Below are positions 18,908-28,756 of a stretch of 64,000 bases of DNA, one piece after another (position 1 is the stretch's first letter; every line of letters begins with the position of its first letter). Under the pieces are notes generated by a model that did not search any database, was not told the DNA's origin, and saw nothing but the letters and a program-made list of their open reading frames with translations. The stretch is from an uncultured Bacteroidota bacterium (lineage in GTDB: Bacteria; CLD3; SB21), in the NCBI GenBank assembly GCA_964415295.1, contig CAYPYN010000002.1:24485-88484 (forward strand). The letters run 5' to 3'. A program made the translations under genes and the position numbers.

Positions 18908-20845
18908 TTACTCAGATACCTTCTGGTCTACTTCTTGTTTAATCTTAGCCAAAAATTCTTCGAATGGACTTGAACCCTGGTCGCCCTTGCCGTGACGGCG
19001 GACGGACACCGAACGCCCCTGAACTTCCTTGTCACCGATCACCAGTATGTAAGGGATCTTCTTCATTTCCGCCTCGCGGATCTTGTAACCGATCTTTTCG
19101 TTCCTCGTATCGATATCGGCGCGAATACCGGCTTCATTGAATTTTTCTTTGAGTTCCGCCGCATACCCGTTATGTGAATCACTAATCGGCAGTAAGATCG
19201 ATTGCACCGGAGCAAGCCAGACGGGGAAATTGCCGGCATACTGCTCGATCAGAATTCCGATGAAGCGCTCCAGAGATCCGAAAGGTGCGCGATGGATCAT
19301 GATCGGCCGGTGTTTCTGTCCGTCCGTACCGGTATATTCGATCTTGAATCTCTCCGGCAGTACGTAATCCAGCTGAACGGTGCCCAACTGCCAAGTTCTT
19401 CCCAGCACATCTTTGATCATAAAGTCGATCTTCGGACCGTAGAAAGCCGCTTCGCCGATACCGACGAAGTAATCCAGTTTCATTTCATCCGCCGCTTCCT
19501 GGATATCTTTCTGGGCTTTTTCCCACAGTTCTATCTCACCGCCGTATTTCTCGTTGCGGTCGTCACGGAATGATAAGCGTGTTCTGAAATCTTTGAATCC
19601 GAGTGTTTTAAAAACGTATTGGATCAACGCAATGACCCGGCACATCTCCTCTTTCACCTGATCCGGACGAACGAATAAATGCGAATCGTCCACCGTGAAC
19701 CCGCGCACGCGCGTGAGGCCGTTGAGTTCCCCGGACTGTTCGTACCGATAGACCGTGCCGAATTCCGCCAACCGTATCGGCAGATCGCGGTAGCTGCGCG
19801 GTTTGGAAGCGTAGATCTGGATGTGATGCGGACAATTCATCGGCTTCAGCAGGAATTGCTCCCCGTCCTCCATCGTGATCGGAGCAAACTGCGAATCTTT
19901 GTAATACGGATAGTGTCCGGACGTCTTATAGAGTTCTATATTCCCGATATGCGGCGTCACCACGGGCAGATAACCTTGCTTTTTTTGCTCGTCGCGGAGG
20001 AAGTCAACCAGAGTCTCGCGTAAGGTGGTGCCGTTGGGCAGCCAGAGCGGCAATCCGCCGCCGACCTTAGGCGAAAGATAGAAGAGTTCCAGTTCCTGAC
20101 CAACTTTGCGGTGATCGCGTTTCTTCGCTTCCTCCAGCATGTGCAGGTATTCGTCAAGTTTTTTTTTCGACGGAAAACTGACACCGCGCAGACGCTGCAG
20201 TTGGATACTATTCTCATCGCCTTTATAAAAAGCGCCGGCCACGGACATGATCTTGAAGGCCTTGACCATGCCAACGTTGGGAATATGCGGGCCGCGGCAG
20301 AGATCGGTGAATTCACCCTGCGTATACGTACTGATCGTATCCCCTTCGGGAACGCTTTCGATAATGGGGATCTTAAAATCTTCGTTCTTGGATTTGAAAA
20401 GCTCAACCGCTTCTTCTTTGGATAATTCTTTCCGAGCGGTAGGATATTTTTCTTTCACGATATTTGCCATCTCCGCTTCGATCTTCGCAAAATCCTCCTG
20501 GCTGATCGGTTCCGGGAAAAGGATATCGTAGAAGAATCCGGCTTCTGTCGGAGGCCCGTCTTCCAATTTGGCCGCCGGCCAAAGGCGTTTCACGGCCTGC
20601 GCCATGACATGCGTCGAGGAATGCCAGAAAACCTGCATACCTTCGGGTGTATCGTAGGTCAGCAATTTGACCGCCGCATCCGTATTGATCGGATAAGTCA
20701 TATCCACGGTCTTACCATTGACTTCCGCAGCCACACATTTCTCTGCCAATCCACGGCTTATGGACGACGCGATAAATTGCGGCGTCACACCGGGATCAAA
20801 TGGTTTAACCGTCTTGTCGGGAAAAGTGATACTAATTTGTGCCAA
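18908..20845 (-). CDS. thrS: Threonine--tRNA ligase
   Basis: 645-aa product with TGS-like N-terminus (ISITFPDKTVKPF), second-site and class II catalytic motifs; TTG start codon at 20845 preceded by AAGGA. Confidence 0.9.
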   Translation of the reverse strand: MAQISITFPDKTVKPFDPGVTPQFIASSISRGLAEKCVAAEVNGKTVDMTYPINTDAAVKLLTYDTPEGMQVFWHSSTHVMAQAVKRLWPAAKLEDGPPTEAGFFYDILFPEPISQEDFAKIEAEMANIVKEKYPTARKELSKEEAVELFKSKNEDFKIPIIESVPEGDTISTYTQGEFTDLCRGPHIPNVGMVKAFKIMSVAGAFYKGDENSIQLQRLRGVSFPSKKKLDEYLHMLEEAKKRDHRKVGQELELFYLSPKVGGGLPLWLPNGTTLRETLVDFLRDEQKKQGYLPVVTPHIGNIELYKTSGHYPYYKDSQFAPITMEDGEQFLLKPMNCPHHIQIYASKPRSYRDLPIRLAEFGTVYRYEQSGELNGLTRVRGFTVDDSHLFVRPDQVKEEMCRVIALIQYVFKTLGFKDFRTRLSFRDDRNEKYGGEIELWEKAQKDIQEAADEMKLDYFVGIGEAAFYGPKIDFMIKDVLGRTWQLGTVQLDYVLPERFKIEYTGTDGQKHRPIMIHRAPFGSLERFIGILIEQYAGNFPVWLAPVQSILLPISDSHNGYAAELKEKFNEAGIRADIDTRNEKIGYKIREAEMKKIPYILVIGDKEVQGRSVSVRRHGKGDQGSSPFEEFLAKIKQEVDQKVSE

Positions 20846-21069
20846 ACTCTTTTATCCTTAAACCTTAATTATTAGCGACCCAAGAACCAGAAGATAGCCT
20901 TGGGTTAATTGAGGTAGCCCGCCTAAGGCGAACATTTTATTTAGCTTAAATACCGATTTAAGCGCGAAAGTATAAAGGATTTGCCCATTAAAGTCAAATG
21001 GAAAATTTACTTTTTATCGTCTCGGGTTATCGTTATCTTTTGACCAATTGCTGTTTCCACGGTGGCTTG

Positions 21070-21756
21070 ATGAATTACCTGACCCATTTCTATTTCAATA
21101 CGCTTCGCCCGGAATACTCGTCCGTATCGCCGGATTTTCATTTCGGCGTGGCTTTACCCGATATCCTGAGCGTGTACGACCGTTCGCTCCGTTTTCATGC
21201 GGGTCCGTCGGATAATTTTCCTGCCGATATGTGGATGGGAATTCAGAACCACCTTCAGATGGACGCTTTTTTTCACAAGTCTGAGTTCTTCAAAGTATCT
21301 TATGAACAGATCCGGCAGCATCTCGCGGTTTCAATCCCGGCGCATCTGGACATACGTCCATTCTTCCTCGCGCATGTATTGGTGGAGATCTTGCTCGATC
21401 ACTACATTCTGAATAGGGAGCCGGAGCTGGCGCGTAAGTTCTATACCCAACTTCATCAGCCTGATGCAAAGCGTTTGGTGAAGGCTATGGAAGAACATTT
21501 CGGAAAAAATCTCGGCGGTCTGTCCGACCTGATCAACAAATTTCTTGTTACTCGCTTCTTGGAGGGCTATATTGAACTCGATCATCTGATCTATCCGGTC
21601 AACCGCATGTTGATGCGGACGCGTCAACAGGTCTTCGAATTGAACGACCCGGTATTGACAGCAAATATCCTAAGTCCGTCATTAAAGATCGTTACACACA
21701 ATTTTCCAAGGCTTATACAGCAATTCAACAAGGAGTTTCTTAACTCTTTGTATTGA
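21070..21756 (+). CDS. Acyl-carrier-protein phosphodiesterase-like protein (AcpH/DUF479-like)
   Basis: ATG at 21070 (MNYLTHFYF...); N-terminus and ...HVLVEILLDHY resemble AcpH (MNFLAHLHLA..., ...DVMWDHF). Assignment from remembered similarity only. Confidence 0.45.
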   Translation: MNYLTHFYFNTLRPEYSSVSPDFHFGVALPDILSVYDRSLRFHAGPSDNFPADMWMGIQNHLQMDAFFHKSEFFKVSYEQIRQHLAVSIPAHLDIRPFFLAHVLVEILLDHYILNREPELARKFYTQLHQPDAKRLVKAMEEHFGKNLGGLSDLINKFLVTRFLEGYIELDHLIYPVNRMLMRTRQQVFELNDPVLTANILSPSLKIVTHNFPRLIQQFNKEFLNSLY

Positions 21757-21830
21757 AAGAGCCTGAACATGATCGAGCGCATAAAAAGTTTGTAAAGACC
21801 CATGAAATGGAATCTCTTATAACTCGAAAA

Positions 21831-22451
21831 ATGAACAATGTGCGAAAGAATATTTCCGTCGCCATCTGGAATTCACATCGCCGATCACTTTTGTGCTTTC
21901 TGTTCCTTTCGGCAGCCGCATGCAAAGCACCAGAGGACAATTTTTTCATGCGGTATAAAAGTCCGGATCCGGTGGAATTAGAAAATAAGATTGTCAGGCT
22001 GACAGATGATCTGAATCAAACGAAGGACGAGCATGACATCTTTTCCAAGTCGATTGATTTAAGCGAATATCTGACGGTATCTCGAAGAGAAAATGAAGCG
22101 ATCCGATTGCTTCAACCGTATGTCGATAATAATGATTTCAAAGCGTCCGACGAGGACATGGCATGGTTGTATTTGAACTATGCGACAGCGAACCAGTATG
22201 TCGGGAAAGCTGACATTGCTGAGACATACTTCCAAAAGGCGATTCATATCGTTGACCGAGGAACTGACGAAGGGGTGGCACATTACATCTACCATCACTA
22301 CGGTAGGTTTCTGGTGGAAAAAAAGGAATACGAACTCGCCAGAACCTATTTTAACCGGGCGCTTGCATTAAGACTGAAGCTAAACGACCAACGTGCTCTT
22401 TCCACTCAAAAAGCACTTGATACGCTGGAATCAATAATCAGGCGGCATTAG
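21831..22451 (+). CDS. TPR-like repeat lipoprotein
   Basis: ATG at 21831; signal peptide with lipobox (LFLSAAAC); TPR-like helical repeats (AWLYLNYATANQYVGKADIAETYFQKAI...). Confidence 0.45.
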   Translation: MNNVRKNISVAIWNSHRRSLLCFLFLSAAACKAPEDNFFMRYKSPDPVELENKIVRLTDDLNQTKDEHDIFSKSIDLSEYLTVSRRENEAIRLLQPYVDNNDFKASDEDMAWLYLNYATANQYVGKADIAETYFQKAIHIVDRGTDEGVAHYIYHHYGRFLVEKKEYELARTYFNRALALRLKLNDQRALSTQKALDTLESIIRRH

Positions 22452-22470
22452 TCGCGTATGATCATCAGAC

Positions 22471-22866
22471 ATGAATGATAAACCCATCATCTTTTTTGAC
22501 GGAATCTGCGGATTGTGCAACCGGGCAGTAGATTTTTTGATTCGTCGGGACAAAAAACGAGTGTTCTTGTTTGCTCCTTTGCAGGGAACAACGGCCCATG
22601 GTCAATTGCCGCCATCCTGTCTTGATAAGACCGACACTATTATTCTCAAAGAAAAGGAACGGATCGAGACTAAGTCAACGGCCATTCTGCTCATTCTTAG
22701 CCGGATCGGTGGCGTTTGGCATTTCGCCGTGATCTTTTATGTTTTTCCGAAGACGTTCCGCGATTGGCTGTACGATATTGTGGCGAATAACCGATACAGA
22801 GTTTTCGGCAAGAAAGAATCGTGCCGGATCCCGTCCAAAGATGAGCGTGAAGTGTTTCTGGACTAA
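22471..22866 (+). CDS. Thiol-disulfide oxidoreductase DCC (DUF393) family protein
   Basis: N-terminal FFDGICGLCN motif characteristic of DCC/DUF393 proteins. Confidence 0.6.
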   Translation: MNDKPIIFFDGICGLCNRAVDFLIRRDKKRVFLFAPLQGTTAHGQLPPSCLDKTDTIILKEKERIETKSTAILLILSRIGGVWHFAVIFYVFPKTFRDWLYDIVANNRYRVFGKKESCRIPSKDEREVFLD

Positions 22867-22898
22867 TTTAGTATGACATCTCATTCATAGGAAGCATC

Positions 22899-24548
22899 AT
22901 GAGCAAAGCCGGTAAACAAATTCTATTCAAAAAGCATCCTCACTCGGCCATTCTCGAACGCTTGAGCCGCATCGACATTCTTCGGGCACTCCCGGCGGAA
23001 GAGATGCTCACGCTCGTACCGCATGTGGAACAAATCCAATTCCCCGCCGGACAAGTGCTAATGCGGCAAGGCGATACAGGCGATGCTGTTTATTTTATTG
23101 AAAACGGTTTGGCTCGGGTCAACCGCAGCGAAGCGCCCGATTTCTGGCATGTCGGCGCCGGAAGTGTGGTCGGTGAAATCGCCTTGCTCACCGGAGACAA
23201 GCGGACAGCGACCGTCACGGCCGAAACGGATATGGTTGTCTGGAAGGTTGCAAAAGAGGCTTTTGATACGGTCGTAGCGCAGTCGGCTCAATTGAAAATG
23301 GCGCTGGAAGAACTCATGGTTCACCGACTCAAAGGCATTGCGGTTACTTTGCCAAAAAAAAAGGTCTGGCTATCCACAGCCATGCGCGCACTGGAAGCGC
23401 AATACCGCGGTATTACGGCTTGGCAGGGATTCATGGCTGTCGGTATAATCATGTGGTTCGCCGTCGCGGTCAATAAATTCGTGACCCTGGTCGATATAAG
23501 TCAATCCGAAATAGGTTATGCGACGTACCAGTTGATCGCCGGGATGCTGATCCTCCAGGGTTCCTGCGAAGGATTTATCATCGGCGTTGAAAGGATCGGC
23601 GCCCGATACAGATGGGACGGTTTCATTTCAGGAACTGTCGGTTCGATACTTAGTACGCTTCCGGAATTCGTCGTCATTGCCTTTCTTGTCATGGTCGATC
23701 CGATGGCAGCCTACGTTACGGCCATCGTGACCATCTTCAATAATTCACTCGCCTACTCGATCTATTCATTTTTCCTTCCAAAAGATAAGGAAGGCTGTTA
23801 TACGATGCCCCGCTCCATGACCCGGGCGGGCGGTGAGATCCTGATCGCCGGAAGCGCGATCACGCTGATCATCGGATTGGTCATGATGGTCATGCGCGTG
23901 GAATCGACCAGGACCCGGTTCGAGGGATTCGATCTTATTTTGATCGGCGTCATTCTGATGATCATTTACGGATACTATACGCTGATGCTGGTCCGCTATT
24001 ACGGCGAAGGCAAGGACGACGCGGAATCGGTTCCTCCGGACCCGGAAAACCTGGGACATGACACGAGCTGGAAAGGCATCGGGATCATGTTCACGCTTGG
24101 CATCGTCGGCGCGTATTGCGGCGGCGAGAGTATCGGCGGTTTCGCGGAAACAGCTCTCAACGGCCTCGGTCTGCCGACCATTCCCACGGCGGCTATGCTG
24201 GCCTTTTTTGCGGGTATCAGCGAATACATCATCGTTTATAAATCGCACAAACGCGGAGAGCTTGGAATAGCGCTCAGCAATGTTTTCGGAGGATTGACCC
24301 AGGTCATGTTCCTCTTACTCCCTTTTGCTATGATTGTGATCGGCCTGGCCGGTTTGATCACCGGCGATACGACGTATTCCGTTCCGATCAATATTTCAAC
24401 TTGTCTTCTGATGTTGCTGCTCTTTCCGCTGTTTCACACGCTGCACCAATATCTGGAACAGGAAAAATCGGTGAATAATCTCGACGCCGCGGCCATGACG
24501 GGAATTTATGTTCTGTTGCTTTATTTTCTGTTTACTTACACCCAGTAA
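22899..24548 (+). CDS. Cyclic-nucleotide-binding domain fused to CaCA-like (Na+/Ca2+ exchanger-type) membrane transporter
   Basis: N-terminal cNMP-binding domain with phosphate-binding cassette (GEIALLTGDKRTATVTA); about 10 TM segments with CaCA alpha-repeat-like motifs (GSILSTLPEF; GISEY...GIALSNVFGG). Confidence 0.55.
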   Translation: MSKAGKQILFKKHPHSAILERLSRIDILRALPAEEMLTLVPHVEQIQFPAGQVLMRQGDTGDAVYFIENGLARVNRSEAPDFWHVGAGSVVGEIALLTGDKRTATVTAETDMVVWKVAKEAFDTVVAQSAQLKMALEELMVHRLKGIAVTLPKKKVWLSTAMRALEAQYRGITAWQGFMAVGIIMWFAVAVNKFVTLVDISQSEIGYATYQLIAGMLILQGSCEGFIIGVERIGARYRWDGFISGTVGSILSTLPEFVVIAFLVMVDPMAAYVTAIVTIFNNSLAYSIYSFFLPKDKEGCYTMPRSMTRAGGEILIAGSAITLIIGLVMMVMRVESTRTRFEGFDLILIGVILMIIYGYYTLMLVRYYGEGKDDAESVPPDPENLGHDTSWKGIGIMFTLGIVGAYCGGESIGGFAETALNGLGLPTIPTAAMLAFFAGISEYIIVYKSHKRGELGIALSNVFGGLTQVMFLLLPFAMIVIGLAGLITGDTTYSVPINISTCLLMLLLFPLFHTLHQYLEQEKSVNNLDAAAMTGIYVLLLYFLFTYTQ

Positions 24549-24695
24549 TTATTATTTTTGCATTTAAAAATTAAATTTCTAATTTCCTGTGTGATAACTG
24601 ACCTAAACCTAATTTCAGGGAGTGCCTATGCTTGCCGTCTTATTCCGTTCAACTTTAGTTAACGCAGTTACGGAGTAAAGGAACCGGCTGACTTA

Positions 24696-24730
24696 CGGAA
24701 CGGATCTTTCGTTCCGGCGGATCTCTTTTT
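24696..24730 (+). terminator. Probable terminator after the cNMP/CaCA gene
   Basis: 7-bp stem CGGAACG / CGTTCCG with 7-nt loop, T-run (TCTCTTTTT) about 8 nt downstream; weaker than the other terminators. Confidence 0.4.
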
Positions 24731-24805
24731 CCAATGTACCTCAGTTCCGGCCTTTCTTTGCACAACTCCGTAACACATTTTGTCATGTAAACGGAGGACA
24801 CTGCC

Positions 24806-25873
24806 GTGTTTTTAGAATCCATCGGATGGAATTCATTTTTTGAAGAATCTTTTGAACCGTTCCGCACGCAGGGATTTGCTGTAGGCCGCGTAGCGGTGGA
24901 ACATAAAGAACGCTACCAACTTTATACGGAAACCGGCGAAGTCTGGGCCGAGGTCACGGGTAAATTCCGGTTTGAAGCCGAAAGGCGTGAGGATTTTCCC
25001 GCTGTAGGCGATTGGGTGGTCATTCAAGTGATCCCTGAAGATCACTTTGCTACGATACACGCCATTCTGCCCAGAAAGACCAAGTTCTCCCGCAAAGTCG
25101 CCGGCGTAAGAACGGAAGAACAGGTACTTGCCGCCAATGTGGACCTTGTTTTTATCGTTTCCGGTCTGGATGATGATTTTAACCTGCGGCGCATAGAACG
25201 TTATCTGCTTTTGACCCGGCAAAGCGGTGCGGTACCGGTGATCCTGCTTAATAAGTCCGACCTTTGCTGCGATTTGGATAGCAAGCTGGACGAACTCAAA
25301 AAGGCCGTATCCGACGTACGAATTAAAACGCTTTCCGCTTTGCATGGGGAAGGTATTGATGAACTGTCCTTTCTTATTTCGCGAGGTGAGACGGCTGCAT
25401 TATTGGGGTCGTCCGGTGTGGGAAAATCCACGATCATCAATGCCTTGCTCGGAAGCGAGATCCAATCTACGCGTGGAGTTCGCGATATCCTCAGTAAAGG
25501 CCGGCACACCACCACACGGCGGGAGCTTTTTATACTGCCTAACGGAGGGTTATTGATGGATACACCGGGCATGCGGGAACTTCAATTGTGGACCAATGAA
25601 GAGAACCTCGGGTCTGCTTTTGAGGATGTGGAATCGCTGGCACAGGAATGCCGATTCCGCGATTGCAGACACGAATCGGAACCGGGCTGTGCGGTCCGCG
25701 CCGCGCTGGAAGACGGACGTCTTGATCCGGGCCGTTTTCGTAATTATATCAAGATGCAGAAAGAGATACGTTACCTCGAGCTTCGTCAGGACGCCAATGC
25801 CGCACGGGCGGAAAAACTGCGTTGGAAAAAGATCACGATGCAGATCAAGAAATACTATAAGAATAAACCGTAA
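24806..25873 (+). CDS. rsgA: Ribosome small-subunit-dependent GTPase A
   Basis: GTG start at 24806 preceded by ACGGAGGA; circularly permuted GTPase motifs (LLNKSDL, GSSGVGKSTIINALLG) and C-terminal zinc-finger Cys/His (CRFRDCRHESEPGC). Confidence 0.75.
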   Translation: MFLESIGWNSFFEESFEPFRTQGFAVGRVAVEHKERYQLYTETGEVWAEVTGKFRFEAERREDFPAVGDWVVIQVIPEDHFATIHAILPRKTKFSRKVAGVRTEEQVLAANVDLVFIVSGLDDDFNLRRIERYLLLTRQSGAVPVILLNKSDLCCDLDSKLDELKKAVSDVRIKTLSALHGEGIDELSFLISRGETAALLGSSGVGKSTIINALLGSEIQSTRGVRDILSKGRHTTTRRELFILPNGGLLMDTPGMRELQLWTNEENLGSAFEDVESLAQECRFRDCRHESEPGCAVRAALEDGRLDPGRFRNYIKMQKEIRYLELRQDANAARAEKLRWKKITMQIKKYYKNKP

Positions 25874-25880
25874 GATACAG

Positions 25881-25919
25881 GTAAGTGCCCGGAATTACAT
25901 TCCGCGGCACTTACTTTTT
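25881..25919 (+). terminator. Rho-independent terminator after rsgA
   Basis: Long hairpin GTAAGTGCCCGGAAT-TAC-ATTCCGCGGCACTTAC followed by TTTTT. Confidence 0.7.
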
Positions 25920-25989
25920 GATTGAAAACTTTCCGGGTTTAAGTTAGTTTTTGTTAGCCCATCCACTCATCCTTTTTAAGGAAACCAAT

Positions 25990-27696
25990 ATGATCATGCG
26001 ATTCCACCGAATTTCAGCTTTGGCGTGTTTCTATATCCTGATCACAACGTGCGATCTGCATGGCCAATCGTCAATGTCCAATGCAGATCTGCAGAACTTC
26101 TCCAAGGAATTCTTCGCCTGGCGCGTGCAGACACAGCCCTGTTCCGGCGACGACATCATGCGCGTGGAAAGACCGGACGGCTGGGTTCCGGACGTCTCTC
26201 CCACGGCTCTCAAATCGCAAAAGGAACAATACAACAAATTTTCCCGCCGCCTTCAGGTTCTCAGATCCGGCCTAAAAAGTCGTACCGACAGTGTCGATTT
26301 CCTCCTGCTTCGATCTGCGGTGGAACGCGTACATTGGCAACTGGAGGTTTTGGAGGAACCTTATACCAATCCCGATTTTTATTGTCATCAGACGATCGGG
26401 GCTTTGTACGAACTGCTCCTGATCTCGTCGCCCACGACGGAAACGCGGATCAAGAATTTCATCACTCGCCTTAATTCGATCCCAATAACCCTCGGTCATG
26501 CCCAAGCTAATCTGAAAAAGCCTGTGCTGCCCTTTGCCGAGATCGCGCTGGATAATCTGAAAGATATCCGGAAAAAAATGAACGAAACGATGGAAGCGCT
26601 CAAGAAACAATGTGATCCGAAATTCCATAAAGAACTCGACCAAGCCAACATCAAAGCGATCCATGCGCTGGAAGGTTATTCGTCATGGCTCCTGGCCAAT
26701 AAGAATATTATGAAAAAAGATTTCAGTATTGGCCGCGAGGCGTACCTGTATTTCCTCAAGAATATCGCGCTCATTCCACATACACCCGAAGAACTGCTGT
26801 TGCAGGGCAGGCAGGAATGGGAGCGATCGGTCGCGTTCGAAGGGTTTGAAAATTCAAAGAATTCCCATCAGCCGCCGGATAAGATCTTCGCCGGTATTGA
26901 CGAACAGATACGTAAAGAAGCTGAAGACGAAAGATCCATCAGGGATTTCCTGGAAAAACATGATATCATGACCGTTCCGCCCGGCACGGGCCGCTATCTC
27001 AATCGCGCTATACCCGATCATCTGCGCCCATTTAAATACATGGGCGTTCCAAATGATCTGACCTCCGCAACGCGGCTTGATGAGAACGGCGTGCACTATA
27101 TACCGGAACCTTCGCCCGATTTGTCATTCTTCTATCTTGCTACGGCCAAAGATCCTCGTCCGATCATTGTTCACGAAGGCGTACCCGGTCATTATTTCCA
27201 GATGGTTCGCTCCTGGCAAAATCCGAACACGATCCGGCAGAATTATTTTGACTCGGACGCCAACGAAGGCATCGGATTTTATGTCGAGGAAATGCTGCTT
27301 CAGATGGGACTATTCGACGACAAGCCGCACTCGCGTGAAACGATCTACCGGTTCATGCGCCTGCGCGCATTACGCGTGGAAGTGGACATTCAACTGGCTT
27401 TAGGAAATTTCACCGTGAAGCAAGCCGGCGAATATTTAGCGCGAACGGTTCCTATGGATCAGGCTACCGCGGAAGCCGAAGCGAGTTTCTTTGCGTACAA
27501 TCCCGGACAAGCCATTACCTATCAGATCGGAAAACTGCAGATCCATCAATTTCTCTCCGACGCGCGTTTACAGATGAATGATCAATTCAATCTGCGGGCG
27601 TTCCACGATTTCCTCATGGTCAACGGCAACGTGCCGATCGCTTTGCAGCGCTACGAATACCTTGGGCTTGATGATCAGATCAAAAAGCTATGGTGA
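25990..27696 (+). CDS. DUF885 family protein (putative secreted metallopeptidase-like)
   Basis: ATG at 25990; signal peptide; conserved HEGVPGHYFQ motif typical of DUF885. Confidence 0.55.
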   Translation: MIMRFHRISALACFYILITTCDLHGQSSMSNADLQNFSKEFFAWRVQTQPCSGDDIMRVERPDGWVPDVSPTALKSQKEQYNKFSRRLQVLRSGLKSRTDSVDFLLLRSAVERVHWQLEVLEEPYTNPDFYCHQTIGALYELLLISSPTTETRIKNFITRLNSIPITLGHAQANLKKPVLPFAEIALDNLKDIRKKMNETMEALKKQCDPKFHKELDQANIKAIHALEGYSSWLLANKNIMKKDFSIGREAYLYFLKNIALIPHTPEELLLQGRQEWERSVAFEGFENSKNSHQPPDKIFAGIDEQIRKEAEDERSIRDFLEKHDIMTVPPGTGRYLNRAIPDHLRPFKYMGVPNDLTSATRLDENGVHYIPEPSPDLSFFYLATAKDPRPIIVHEGVPGHYFQMVRSWQNPNTIRQNYFDSDANEGIGFYVEEMLLQMGLFDDKPHSRETIYRFMRLRALRVEVDIQLALGNFTVKQAGEYLARTVPMDQATAEAEASFFAYNPGQAITYQIGKLQIHQFLSDARLQMNDQFNLRAFHDFLMVNGNVPIALQRYEYLGLDDQIKKLW

Positions 27697-27752
27697 AAAA
27701 CCGAACACGGATCAACACATATTTTTAGAATTAAAAACGGAGCGCCGATACT

Positions 27753-28130
27753 ATGAAACACCACTCCCCGGCTTTTCTGAAACTGATCGAAGAGACCAAA
27801 AAGAACATCCGCGAGGTTTCCACCTTAGAAGCGTTGGAAGCCTTTGAAGCCGGAGCGCCCCTCATTGACATTCGTGAAGAGAGCGAATTTGCCGCCGGAC
27901 ATGTCAAAGGCGCGGAACATCTCGGCAAAGGGATCATAGAACGCGATATTGAAAAAAGACACCCCGATATGGAAAAACCGCTGTACCTCTATTGCGGCGG
28001 CGGCTACCGTTCAGTTCTGGCAGCAGACAATCTCCGGAAAATGGGTTACCAAAAGGTCTACTCGGTCGCCGGCGGCTGGGGCGCTTTTAAAGAAATGAAT
28101 GTCGATATTGAAGAAGACAAATTTCAGTAG
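27753..28130 (+). CDS. Rhodanese-like sulfurtransferase domain protein
   Basis: Single rhodanese domain with active-site Cys loop (YLYCGGGYRS). Confidence 0.65.
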   Translation: MKHHSPAFLKLIEETKKNIREVSTLEALEAFEAGAPLIDIREESEFAAGHVKGAEHLGKGIIERDIEKRHPDMEKPLYLYCGGGYRSVLAADNLRKMGYQKVYSVAGGWGAFKEMNVDIEEDKFQ

Positions 28131-28241
28131 TAATAATTGGCCGTTTGCCACACAATAAATCGTTGCTATTGGCATACCACAGGGATTAAATTTACCCGTC
28201 ATTCAATTTCTCCGATTTCTGAATTCTATCCGGGAGATATC

Positions 28242-28676
28242 ATGAAAGAACAAAACTACTCTAACCACCGGCGCCTGGTTCCCCTTTATCACGTTTATAC
28301 GCTGATACTGCTTCTGATCCTTGGCGCAGGATCGATCGTTCATTTTTCGCATACGCTGTCTTACGGGCGCGGCCGCCTGGACGCCGCCATGATGGTGATC
28401 GCTTTTCTTTGCCTGTCGTCCGTTTATTTCTATGCACGTCTTTTCGCCTTGCGCGCGCAGGACCGTGCCGTCAGGGCGGAAGAGAATCTTCGCCATTTTG
28501 TATTGACCGGCAAGATGCTCGACCCGAGACTCAGTATGTCGCAGATCATTGCGCTTCGTTTCGCCAAGGACGAGGAGTTTATCGAACTGGCTAAACGCGC
28601 GGCGGATGAAAATATGGAGCGCGAGGATATCAAAAAGGCGATCAAGAACTGGCGCGCCGACCATTACCGGGTTTGA
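28242..28676 (+). CDS. Hypothetical membrane protein
   Basis: ATG at 28242 (MKEQNY...); two hydrophobic helices then a charged C-terminal region; no recognised family. Confidence 0.4.
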   Translation: MKEQNYSNHRRLVPLYHVYTLILLLILGAGSIVHFSHTLSYGRGRLDAAMMVIAFLCLSSVYFYARLFALRAQDRAVRAEENLRHFVLTGKMLDPRLSMSQIIALRFAKDEEFIELAKRAADENMEREDIKKAIKNWRADHYRV

Positions 28677-28756
28677 CATTTTCACCAAATATTGTAACTT
28701 CATCGCGTCTTAATTCGTAAGCATTGCATTCACCCTTCAATCAAACCAAGAGGGCC

